Under the pieces are notes generated by a model. That model ran no database searches. It was given only the letters and a program-made list of their open reading frames with translations, and was not told the DNA's origin. A stretch of DNA of 64,000 bases, from assembly GCA_022749895.1 (NCBI GenBank), contig JAKIWS010000007.1, forward strand, positions 3,089 to 67,088, written 5' to 3'. Within the stretch, counting starts at the first letter, position 1. The number at the start of each line of letters is the position of its first letter. The stretch comes from Thermoplasmata archaeon. Lineage in GTDB: Archaea; Thermoplasmatota; Thermoplasmata; Lutacidiplasmatales; UBA184. Of this stretch, positions 50,125 through 58,541 are shown one piece after another. A program made the translations under genes and the position numbers.

Positions 50125-50640
50125 GTGGACCCGACGACCTTCATCCAAGTTCTCGGCGCCGCCCGCACCGTCTCGGTGATCCTGGGGGTCCCGTTCATCG
50201 TACTCCCGATGAAACAGAACGCCCGGTTGGTGGCGACGTCAAACCGGCAGGTCGAGGTGATGAACCAGGAGACGCGGTCGCAGGTGTTCCTCAACATCGC
50301 CGAGCGTCTCTCTACCCGGGACTACATCCTGCAACGCAAGACGGTCCGCGACCTCGTCGCGAAGCGCGAGGCGGGGAACTGGCCGGGTTTCCTCGACTCG
50401 ACGGACGCGTTCGAGATCCGCGCATTCGCGGCTACGTACGAAGCCAGCGCGACGATGGCGAAGCTCCGACTCATCGACGAGGGGACGCTCCCGGAGGCGC
50501 TCGGCTTCTGGGCCGTCTCCGATTGGAAGGCGATCCTTCCCGCCGTGAAGCAGCTCGAGGCATCGTGGGGGGTCCCGGCGTACCCCAACTTCCGTTGGCT
50601 GGGGGAGAGCGCGGAGAAGCAGCTGAGCGTCGGCGGGTAA
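50125..50640 (+). CDS. Hypothetical protein with N-terminal TM
   Basis: Coherent ORF ending Y.NF.WL. Confidence 0.55.
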   Translation: MDPTTFIQVLGAARTVSVILGVPFIVLPMKQNARLVATSNRQVEVMNQETRSQVFLNIAERLSTRDYILQRKTVRDLVAKREAGNWPGFLDSTDAFEIRAFAATYEASATMAKLRLIDEGTLPEALGFWAVSDWKAILPAVKQLEASWGVPAYPNFRWLGESAEKQLSVGG

Positions 50641-50746
50641 GGATCGTTCACGACCGAGTTCCGGCCGGCGGGGGAATCTCGGTCTCCCCCGAACTCGCGA
50701 CCGCCCGGCGGCAGACGGAGGGTGCGACCGATGGCCGTGGCGCCAG

Positions 50747-51718
50747 CTAGGTGCTGGGGTGGGGCAGGATGATGACCTTGCCTCGGGCGTGGCCCTCTTC
50801 GACGTAGCGAATCGCGGCCGGAACCTCGGCCAACGGGTAGCGGCGATCGATCACCGGACGGATCTTGCCGGCCTCCAAGAACTCCTTGAGCACGCCGAGA
50901 TCCTTCTTGTTGGGCTTCGCCACGAAGAACCGAATCCTCTTCCCGTGGGTCTTGGACGCCATCTTGCCCCGAAGGGCGACCGCCATCAGGCCGAGCATTC
51001 CGCCGAAGCCGATCGTCACACAGATCCCGTCCGGGTTCAAGGCGCGTTTGAACGCGGAGACCGAGTGCGTCGGATGCATGTCGAGGATCCGGTCGAACCG
51101 CGGCCCCCCCGCGGCGAAGTCCTCGCGAGTGTAATCTAGGACGTGGTCGGCGCCGATCGACCGAAGGAGCTCGAGATTGCCGGTGCTCGACACGGCAGTA
51201 ACCTCGGCGCCCAACGCCTTGGCGATCTGGACCGCGAACGTGCCCACACCGCCGCCCGCTCCGTTGACCAGGACCGAGTCGCCGGCCCGGACCTGGCCGA
51301 TGTCCCGCAGGCCTTGTAGGGCGGTGACACCCGCGATCGGAACGGCGGCGGCGGCCTCGAAGGAGACGTTCGCCGGCTTGAGCACGATCTCCCGCTCGGC
51401 CGCCGAGACGTACTCGCCGAAGGCCCCGTACGCAATCCCGAACACCTCGTCGCCGGGATGAAATTCGGTCGCGCCTCGGCCCTGCGCTTCGACCACTCCG
51501 GCGAAGTCGACGCCGAGTCGTGGCCGCTTCGGCTTGGTGAGACCCTCGACGAACCGGACGGCGAACGGAGCCCCGCGGACCTTTCGCCAATCGAGGGCGT
51601 TGACGGAGGCGGCACGGACCTGCACCAACACCTCGTTGTCCTCGGCCGCGGACGTCTCCATCTCCTGGAGCCGAAGGCCCTCCGGGGCCCCGTAGCGCGT
51701 CGTGAGAATCGCTTTCGT
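50747..51718 (-). CDS. MDR-family NAD(P)-dependent oxidoreductase (Qor-like); conserved start at ACG 51718
   Basis: xKAIL..RYG.PE.L, SVNALD, NGAGGGVG, RPVIDRRYPL, GKV. Confidence 0.88.
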   Translation of the reverse strand, partial: TKAILTTRYGAPEGLRLQEMETSAAEDNEVLVQVRAASVNALDWRKVRGAPFAVRFVEGLTKPKRPRLGVDFAGVVEAQGRGATEFHPGDEVFGIAYGAFGEYVSAAEREIVLKPANVSFEAAAAVPIAGVTALQGLRDIGQVRAGDSVLVNGAGGGVGTFAVQIAKALGAEVTAVSSTGNLELLRSIGADHVLDYTREDFAAGGPRFDRILDMHPTHSVSAFKRALNPDGICVTIGFGGMLGLMAVALRGKMASKTHGKRIRFFVAKPNKKDLGVLKEFLEAGKIRPVIDRRYPLAEVPAAIRYVEEGHARGKVIILPHPST

Positions 51719-51890
51719 GGGCCGTCGTCAGCGCCGACCTAAGTTAGGGATATCGCCCGAGGATAATGACGGCAGGACGCCGCCCCCGAGGGCGGTCGGG
51801 CGCGAGTACGCACGGGAGAGCTTCCACCGCCTTCGGTACGATTCCCCCCTCCCCTCAGGCGCCGGGACCCGACGGCCGCCGGAGGGCCGA

Positions 51891-52355
51891 TCAGGACCGC
51901 GGCCCGAGGCCAGCCGGGTGTTTCCGGACGAAGCGGCGCAAGTAGGGCACGTCCTCCGCATGGGAGCTCGCGTAGGTCCGCAATCGGTCCCGTTTGATCT
52001 CCGACGGAGTAAGCTCGGAGGATCGCATGTAGAAAAGTACGTCCGTGGCCGTTTTCGTCCCTCGGGGGGAGTAGATGTGGACCGTCTTCGACCCCGCGTA
52101 CGGTCCCTCGAGCTCTTCGAGGATTCTCACCGCCGGGCGTATGGTGGTGAGTCGTGCGACCATCTTCCTCCACCGGCCCCCGTTTCGCACCTCACAGCTC
52201 AGGAGGATGGTGACGTCCGAAAGTTGCTTGCTCTCGAAGTTCCGCAGCGTGGTGGCGTGCGCCTTGGGATGAAACTCCTCGTCCTTCTCCATGAAGTCCC
52301 ATACGACTTCGAGGGGCGCGTCGAGGACCGTGCCTCGATCCTCGAAGTAGGTCAT
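51891..52355 (-). CDS. SRPBCC-like hypothetical protein
   Basis: LDAPLEVVWDF, EGPYAGS. Confidence 0.55.
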   Translation of the reverse strand: MTYFEDRGTVLDAPLEVVWDFMEKDEEFHPKAHATTLRNFESKQLSDVTILLSCEVRNGGRWRKMVARLTTIRPAVRILEELEGPYAGSKTVHIYSPRGTKTATDVLFYMRSSELTPSEIKRDRLRTYASSHAEDVPYLRRFVRKHPAGLGPRS

Positions 52356-52882
52356 GCTCGGCGAGGGAGGTTCGCCCGGATTCTTCCCACGGTGGCGAGC
52401 TTTCACCATCACGAGAAGCAAGACATCAACATTATCTAACTACGCGGCTGAATCAACCAACCGTGCCGTTCGATCGAGCCAATCTTGAAGACGTTCGCCA
52501 CCCCGTCGAGAGGGCTGTGGGGAAGGAGGGCGTGGGCACCGTGTTCGGTTTAGGACGGCCGTCCCGAGGACGGCGCTTGAGAATCCGCGTCGATAGCCCC
52601 GACCGGGGCTCAGGCTCGGACCGCCCTCCGGGCGGCTCGGGAGTATGCGCATGACGGTCACCCCGCGCAAGCGACCGTCGCCCGCCGGCAAGAAGCGCCA
52701 CCGACTGCAGCGGCAACGGAGAATCGCCCGACGCCGACGTCAGGTTCCTCCCGGGGGGAACCGGCGCCGTCGCTCAGGATAGATTCGTCCATTCCAGAAT
52801 CCCGTCGCGTGGGCCGGCTCGCGGACCCCGACGCGAGCCGGGGCCGGGCCCCGAGCGTTTCCGAACGAGTTGAGAAACAAGC

Positions 52883-52904
52883 GGACACGGGGGTGATGGA
52901 ACCC
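52883..52904. repeat. Degenerate direct repeat of the tRNA-Ala 3' end (att-like)
   Basis: GGACACGGGGGTGATGGAACCC vs GGACACGGGGGGATTTGAACCC at 53544-53565 (18/22 identical). Confidence 0.6.
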
Positions 52905-53006
52905 GTTCGGGTTTGGACCCTCCTCTCCGCCGGCGAGCGGGGCGCGCACGGCGAAGGCTCGTTCCCATAGTTATCTATAAATGGCTATAGTATACTGGTC
53001 GTGACC

Positions 53007-53228
53007 ATGGCCACTACCACGATCCAGCTCACTTCGGCCTTGAAGGGGGAGCTATCAGCGATGAAGATTCACCCTCGAGAAACCTACCAGGAGGTGCTCG
53101 AGCGAGTTCTTGAGGATCTGCGAGAACTGGACTCGAAGACTCGGAAAGAGCTCGCCAAGGCGGAGGCCGAGATTCGGCATGGTCGGTTCGTGAAGCACCA
53201 TGAGCTCGGGGCCAAGCTGGGCGCCTGA
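53007..53228 (+). CDS. RelB-like antitoxin
   Basis: TTIQL...K.EL..MK.HPRETY.EVL; EAEI..G; stop overlaps toxin ATG. Confidence 0.8.
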   Translation: MATTTIQLTSALKGELSAMKIHPRETYQEVLERVLEDLRELDSKTRKELAKAEAEIRHGRFVKHHELGAKLGA

Positions 53229-53476
53229 TGCCCTTTGAGATCATTTGGTCCGATTCCGCGGCGCGCCAACTGCAAAAGCTTGACCGACACGTTGCGCGAC
53301 GTATCTTCGCCAAGGTGGGTGAACTCTCGCACGAACCGTTTCGAAATGTCCGTCGGCTCTCCGGTGAGCCGTACTACCGGCTTCGAGTCGGCGACTACCG
53401 GGTCATCCTCAGAATTCTGGAGTCGGAACTTCAGGTGCTGGTCCTGAAGGTGGGGCTTCGCGAATCGGTTTATTGA
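53228..53476 (+). CDS. relE: RelE/ParE family toxin
   Basis: A.RQL.KLD, YRLRVGDYRVI, VG.R.SVY. Confidence 0.92.
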   Translation: MPFEIIWSDSAARQLQKLDRHVARRIFAKVGELSHEPFRNVRRLSGEPYYRLRVGDYRVILRILESELQVLVLKVGLRESVY

Positions 53477-53542
53477 ATGGGGGGCCCCGCAAAGGGCCGG
53501 CAGTCCGATCGGTCGCACGCCCGATGGCTCAGAAGGGGTTTA

Positions 53543-53614
53543 TGGACACGGGGGGATTTGAACCCCCGGCCTCTGCTTTGCGAAAGCAGCGATCTTCCGC
53601 TGATCTACGTGCCC
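53543..53614 (-). tRNA. tRNA-Ala(CGC)
   Basis: GGGCACG...CGTGTCC-A with G3.U70, anticodon loop TTCGCAA, T-loop TTCAAAT. Confidence 0.95.
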
Positions 53615-53660
53615 TGGTCGGCGGGGAGGTAGGTTGGGGAAAAAGGCTTGCGCCGGCCAA

Positions 53661-54278
53661 TCACCCACCGGCGACCGCGGCGGTGTGCGACCCCTCGCCG
53701 CCGCGACCTTCCGTGGCCGGAGGGGACCGAATCGGGCTCGACGGGGGTGTCCCGACCCCAGGCGACGACGGCGGCTTGCTCGCGGGCCGGCTCGAGGCTC
53801 TCGTCCGCGGTGGCAACAGCAGCCGGAGGTCGGGGTCGTACCGGAATAGTTCGGCGTACCGCCCCCAGTTGATGATGTTCTGCACGAGCTCGTCCGCGGG
53901 AGCCGTCGTGAACTCGATGAGGCGATACATCTCGTCCTCCGTTAACCGGTGCTCGCGCGAGCTCTCGAGCGCCCGGAGGAGCGCCTTGAACAGCGTCGTC
54001 TTCCGCAGCTGCTCGCGCAGGATCGTCTTCCGCTCCCGGATCGAGCGGGCGAGGAGCTTGCGGCCGATGTCGGTCAGCGCGGCCCGCCCGTCCGCGACCT
54101 TGAGGAGCTGGAGCGCTTCCGCGAAGTCGACCGCGGGCAGGATCTCGTCGATCTCAAGGTCCAGGTCGGTCGCGAGGCGCGCGAGGTCCTCGACCCCCTT
54201 GTGCTCGTTCAGGAGCACGAGGAGGCCCATGACCTCGGTCGGAGTGGACTTGGGGTAGGTAGTGGGCACGAGATTCAC
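53661..54278 (-). CDS. Stand-alone AAA-associated domain of NitT/TauT ABC ATPases
   Basis: DL..LA..L.LEID.ILP, IINWGRYAELF.YD. Confidence 0.78.
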   Translation of the reverse strand: MNLVPTTYPKSTPTEVMGLLVLLNEHKGVEDLARLATDLDLEIDEILPAVDFAEALQLLKVADGRAALTDIGRKLLARSIRERKTILREQLRKTTLFKALLRALESSREHRLTEDEMYRLIEFTTAPADELVQNIINWGRYAELFRYDPDLRLLLPPRTRASSRPASKPPSSPGVGTPPSSPIRSPPATEGRGGEGSHTAAVAGG

Positions 54279-54363
54279 TCTCCGTCCGGAGAGGCTGCCC
54301 TCATAGCGGGGAGATGGGGTATAAGGATTTGCGAAACGGTGGGAAAAGCCGGCGGGAGGCGCG

Positions 54364-55173
54364 TCATGTCGAGGAGCCGGTCAGGGCCTTTGCCTCGGAC
54401 GGTCGGTCACTCGCCGAGCTGCCTTCGGTGATGAGCGAGTAGACGTAGTCGGTCAGGTCGTAGAACGCCTGGGACTTCCGGTCGCGCGGCCGGGGGAGGT
54501 TCACGATCACGCCCGCGAGGACGCGGCTCGGGCGGCGGGAGAGGACGATGATCCTATCCGCCATCTGCACGGCCTCTTCGATGTTGTGGGTGACGAGGAC
54601 GACGGCGTCGGGGGGGAGCTGCGGGTCCTGCCAGAGCTGACGGACCTCTTCCCGCAAGCTCTCCGCGGTCAACGGGTCGAGGGAGCTGAACGGTTCGTCC
54701 ATGAGGAGCGCGGTCGGCTCGACCGCGAGGGCCCGCGCGAGCCCGACCCGCTGACGCATGCCGCCGGAGAGCTCGCGCGGGTACGCTTCTTCGAACCCGA
54801 CCAGACCGGTCGCGGTGATGTACCGGTCGACCCGCGCCTCGATCTTCGACGCGTCGAGGCCCCGCGCCTCGAGGCCGATCCCGACATTGTCATGGACGGT
54901 GAGCCAAGGGTACAGCGCAAAGCTCTGGAACACCATCGCCATCTGTGGAATGACCCGATCGACCGGTTTCCCGCGAAAGCGGATCGTCCCGGCCGTCGGG
55001 CGGTCCAGGCCCATCATCAGGCGGAGCAGCGTCGACTTGCCGCAACCGGACGGGCCGACGATCGCAAGGAAATCGTTGTCGGCGACGCTGAAGGAGATCC
55101 CGTTCATGATCGAGATCGTCCCGTGCCGGGAAGCGTAGCTCTTGTCGACGTCGACGACTTCGATGATCGCCAT
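54364..55173 (-). CDS. NitT/TauT-family ABC ATP-binding protein
   Basis: GPSGCGKST, FQSFALYPW, LSGGMRQRVG, DEPFSSLD. Confidence 0.92.
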   Translation of the reverse strand: MAIIEVVDVDKSYASRHGTISIMNGISFSVADNDFLAIVGPSGCGKSTLLRLMMGLDRPTAGTIRFRGKPVDRVIPQMAMVFQSFALYPWLTVHDNVGIGLEARGLDASKIEARVDRYITATGLVGFEEAYPRELSGGMRQRVGLARALAVEPTALLMDEPFSSLDPLTAESLREEVRQLWQDPQLPPDAVVLVTHNIEEAVQMADRIIVLSRRPSRVLAGVIVNLPRPRDRKSQAFYDLTDYVYSLITEGSSASDRPSEAKALTGSST

Positions 55174-55203
55174 GCACTCCTCCCCCGCCGACCGCCCCGC
55201 CCG

Positions 55204-57030
55204 CTAGTCGTACCGGTATTTCTCGACCGCCTTGCGGTAGAGCGGTTTCCAGAGGAGTTCATTGAGCGCCACGACCACGATGATGAAGGTGAAGAGCGAC
55301 GCCACGACCAGCGCCTGGCCCCCTGGGGAGGTCGTGCCGATGTTGAGGAGCTCCCCGACGCCGAGCGTCCGGCAGCCGCTCGCGATCTTGCCGCAGGCGA
55401 ACGGTAGATATTCCGCGATGATCAACGTGTTCCACCCTCCTCCGAACGCCGTGATCGATCCCGTGAGCAGCGCTGGTAGGACCGCCGGAAGGAGCACCTT
55501 CCGGTAGTAGAGCCAGCGCGAGAGCCCGAAGGCTTGGGCCGCCTCGTCGAGGTCGGGGGGAATGCTTCGGAGGCCCGAGAGGATGTTGAAGAACAGGTAC
55601 CAGATCATCCCGGTCAACAGGACCAGGATCGCGACCCCTTCGAACCCGATGTACGCCAGGATGGTGATCACGAACAGCGGGAACAGCACCGTCGCCGGGA
55701 CCGACGCGACGACTTCGACGACGGGCAGGCCGACCTTGTAGAGCCCGGGTCGCCGCACGAGATAGACGGCGAGCGGCAGCGCGATCGCGAGAGAGAGCAG
55801 GTACGCCAGCACGACCCGTCCGAACGACAGCACCGCGGCGAGGGGGAGTAGCCGGATCTTGGCGAGGGTGTCCGGCGGGATCGGCGCCGCGAGCACGACG
55901 TAGATGGCGGCCCCGGCGGCGATGAGCATCAGCCACACCAGGACGAGCGCCCCCCCGAGGACGGAGTAGTTGAACGCGGTCTTGGCGAGCGGACGCTCCT
56001 TGGCGCGGATCGGGCGCATCGTGTACGACGCGAGGCCGACGAACGGCACCGAGACCCGGGTCACCCCGGTCCGGAATCCGCGGGCGACGAACCCGGCCGC
56101 CCGTCGCAGCGGCCTCGGCGTCGTTCGCGTTTGGAGGGCCTCGCCCGCCCCGCTGGGCGCGCTGTCGTAGCGGTACTTCTCGGCGCGCCGTCCGAGCGGC
56201 CTCCAGACGAACAGGTCGAGCGCCGCGATCAACATGATCAGGAGGAGGAGGCCCGCGTAGAGCGCGCCCGTCGCGTGGGCTTGGGCCGCGTAGAGGAGAA
56301 AGCTCCCGATCCCCGGGAGGGCGTGCGAGCCTTGCGACGTGGCGATGAACTCGGCGGCGACGAGGAAGTACCATCCGGCGGTCCAGGAAAGGACGGAATT
56401 GTAGACGAGACGGTTGATGGTCGCCGGAAACAGGACGCGGCGGACCCGGAGCAGACCACGCACCTGGAACGTGTCCGCCGCCTCCTTGAGCTCGGCCGGG
56501 AGCGACTTCAGCGATTCGTACACGCCGAAGGCCATGTTCCAGGACATCGACGTGAAGATCAGAAAGATCGAGGCGAGGTTCGGTCCCAGGACGGAGCCCG
56601 CGCCGGGAAAGCCGACGAAGAAGGTGATCGCAATGGGGAAGAATCCGAGGATCGGAACCGACTGGAGGATATCGAGAACCGGGACCAGAACCCGCTCCCC
56701 GGTCTTCCGGGTCGCGGCGAAGTAGCCGTAGCCGAAGGCGAACAGGAGCGAGAGTCCGTACGCGGCCAGCATGCGCACGAACGAGTAGAGGAGGTCGACG
56801 GCCGCCGTCGGGAGCGCGGATTCGGTCGCGCCGAGGGCCGTCGTTCCGGCGAGCGTCAGCAGCACCGGTGTTCCGAGCACCGCGGCCCACGCCCCGAGGC
56901 CGCGCGGGCGCAGTGCGAACGAGGGCCGGGCTTCGGCGGCCGGGGGGGTCGCTACCGTCGGGGGAGTTCCATCGTGGCGCCGAGCGGTCGCCGTCGTCCC
57001 GGTCGATTCGGCCCGGCGCTGCCGCCACAT
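55204..57030 (-). CDS. NitT/TauT-family ABC permease (two fused TM domains)
   Basis: DILQSVPILGF, EAA loops, GGGWN.LI.AE. Confidence 0.9.
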   Translation of the reverse strand: MWRQRRAESTGTTATARRHDGTPPTVATPPAAEARPSFALRPRGLGAWAAVLGTPVLLTLAGTTALGATESALPTAAVDLLYSFVRMLAAYGLSLLFAFGYGYFAATRKTGERVLVPVLDILQSVPILGFFPIAITFFVGFPGAGSVLGPNLASIFLIFTSMSWNMAFGVYESLKSLPAELKEAADTFQVRGLLRVRRVLFPATINRLVYNSVLSWTAGWYFLVAAEFIATSQGSHALPGIGSFLLYAAQAHATGALYAGLLLLIMLIAALDLFVWRPLGRRAEKYRYDSAPSGAGEALQTRTTPRPLRRAAGFVARGFRTGVTRVSVPFVGLASYTMRPIRAKERPLAKTAFNYSVLGGALVLVWLMLIAAGAAIYVVLAAPIPPDTLAKIRLLPLAAVLSFGRVVLAYLLSLAIALPLAVYLVRRPGLYKVGLPVVEVVASVPATVLFPLFVITILAYIGFEGVAILVLLTGMIWYLFFNILSGLRSIPPDLDEAAQAFGLSRWLYYRKVLLPAVLPALLTGSITAFGGGWNTLIIAEYLPFACGKIASGCRTLGVGELLNIGTTSPGGQALVVASLFTFIIVVVALNELLWKPLYRKAVEKYRYD

Positions 57031-57229
57031 TCCGCATCCCCCGGCATGGGTCGCAATCGGTAGGACCGCTTCGCGGTATATCGTCCTTGACCTCGATTCC
57101 GTTCCCGCGTCGCGTCCCTCGCCCGGCCCCCGTCGCCGCGGTTGCCCCGCGTCGAACCGTGCTCGGCGCGCGGTCGGGGCCGGCGTGCCGCGGCAGGTTT
57201 ATGTGTCCTGCAAAGCTCCCATCGACTGT

Positions 57230-57336
57230 AGCCCCGTAGTGTAGTGGCCAATCATGCGAGACTCTGGATCTCGCGACGCAGGTTCGAACGCTCCGAGGCC
57301 GCGCGACCTCGGTGGCCGGAACTCCTGCCGGGGCTA
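57230..57336 (+). tRNA. tRNA-Gln(CTG) with a 34-nt intron at position 59/60 (57289-57322)
   Basis: AGCCCCG/CGGGGCT-A acceptor (A1-U72), loop CTCTGGA; T-loop interrupted by a BHB (helix TTCG/CGGA, bulges AA^C and AC^T); TTTATG box about 27 nt upstream. Confidence 0.9.
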
Positions 57337-57369
57337 CTCGGGCTCAACCACAGCGCGACGGATCAAAGT

Positions 57370-57514
57370 GCGGGGGTGCTCCAGCTCGGCCAAGCCGCCC
57401 GGTCTCCCGGGCGGGGCCTCCGAGGCAGGGCTTAGAACCCTGTTGCTTAGGGCATGCGCCGGTTCAAAGGGAGCGCGGCCCGCCGCCGCGTTCCGGAGAC
57501 TCCGGCCCCCCGCA
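57370..57514 (+). tRNA. tRNA-Leu(TAG) with two introns (21/22: 57394-57420; 59/60: 57469-57500)
   Basis: GCGGGGG/CCCCCGC-A acceptor, CAGGG-CTTAGAA-CCCTG, long variable arm; both inserts form BHB-type motifs. Confidence 0.88.
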
Positions 57515-57531
57515 TCCGCCGCCCCCCCGCT

Positions 57532-58461
57532 ATGAACCGACCGGTGCGGTTGCCCGACGGGGCGTCGTGGGAGATTCTTCCTCCCTCGGCCATCCTCCGT
57601 CTGGAACCCGAGGGCGCCGACCAACTGCTCGACCGGCTCGAAGCTGGCGTTCCGATCGCTCCGGCACTTGCCGAGATACCCAAGGTTTCGGACGGCACCG
57701 CCTACGTCTTCGGCGACACCCACGGCGACTGGCGCTCGACCGAGGCCGCGGTCGCGCGGTTTTTGCCGGCGCCGCTCACCGACTTCTTGGTCGGACTCGG
57801 CGACTACGTCGACCGCGCCCCGGACGATTGCGCTCAGGGCTCGGTGGCGAACGCGCTCTTTCTCCTCCAGCTCGCGGCCCAATTCCCCGGTCGCGTCCTC
57901 TTAGTGAAGGGCAACCACGAAATGCATCGGATCCTGCCGGTACTTCCGCACGACCTCGACGAAGAGGTCGACACCCTCTGGGGCCCGGACATCCGGCGCT
58001 ACGCCCGGATCGCGGCTCTCCTCGAGCGGGGTCCGCTCGCCGCGGTCACCGACTCGGGGGCCTACCTCGCTCACGCCGGCTTTCCGCGGAACGGGAAGGG
58101 GGCCGACGTGCGGGCCGGCTTCGAGCGGTTGACCGAGGAACAGGTCGTGGACGTCGTGTGGGGCGAGAGTGGCGCCTCGCGTTCCCACCGGGGGGTGTCC
58201 GTCCCGTTCACCGAGCGCGAGCTCAAGGAGTTCCTCACACACGTCGGCGCGAGCGTCTTCGTGCGGGGCCACGACCCGGATCTGGCCGGACGCTCGGTCT
58301 TCGATGACCGCTGCCTGACCCTCCACACGAGCCGGATTCACGAACGGTTCGGAGGGGTCCTGCTGGCCCGGGTCCCGCTCGATACCCGGGTCCGGCATGT
58401 CGCGGACCTCACGATCGAGCACCTCGAGACCGAGGGAAGGGAGTACCCGGCCCCCGACTGA
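57532..58461 (+). CDS. PPP-family Ser/Thr protein phosphatase (metallophosphoesterase)
   Basis: GDTHG, GDYVDR, KGNHE, HAG, RGH; ATG just after tRNA-Leu. Confidence 0.85.
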   Translation: MNRPVRLPDGASWEILPPSAILRLEPEGADQLLDRLEAGVPIAPALAEIPKVSDGTAYVFGDTHGDWRSTEAAVARFLPAPLTDFLVGLGDYVDRAPDDCAQGSVANALFLLQLAAQFPGRVLLVKGNHEMHRILPVLPHDLDEEVDTLWGPDIRRYARIAALLERGPLAAVTDSGAYLAHAGFPRNGKGADVRAGFERLTEEQVVDVVWGESGASRSHRGVSVPFTERELKEFLTHVGASVFVRGHDPDLAGRSVFDDRCLTLHTSRIHERFGGVLLARVPLDTRVRHVADLTIEHLETEGREYPAPD

Positions 58462-58541
58462 ACGGCGGGCTCCGGCGCCGGGCGGGCGGCACCCGTTTCC
58501 GAGTGGTCCGTCGAGCCGAGGGGCGGGAGTCCGACGCCCGC

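Noticed and set aside
26337-53543. One large island between tRNA-Thr and tRNA-Ala
   Set aside because: No matching att pair or integrase; contains probable core genes (M1 peptidase, cyclophilin, RNase HI).
57433-57435. tRNA with TAG anticodon as an amber suppressor
   Set aside because: Anticodon UAG reads CUA (Leu); a suppressor would need anticodon CUA.
57454-57531. N-terminal extension of the phosphatase ORF
   Set aside because: Overlaps tRNA-Leu; ATG 57532 is preferred.
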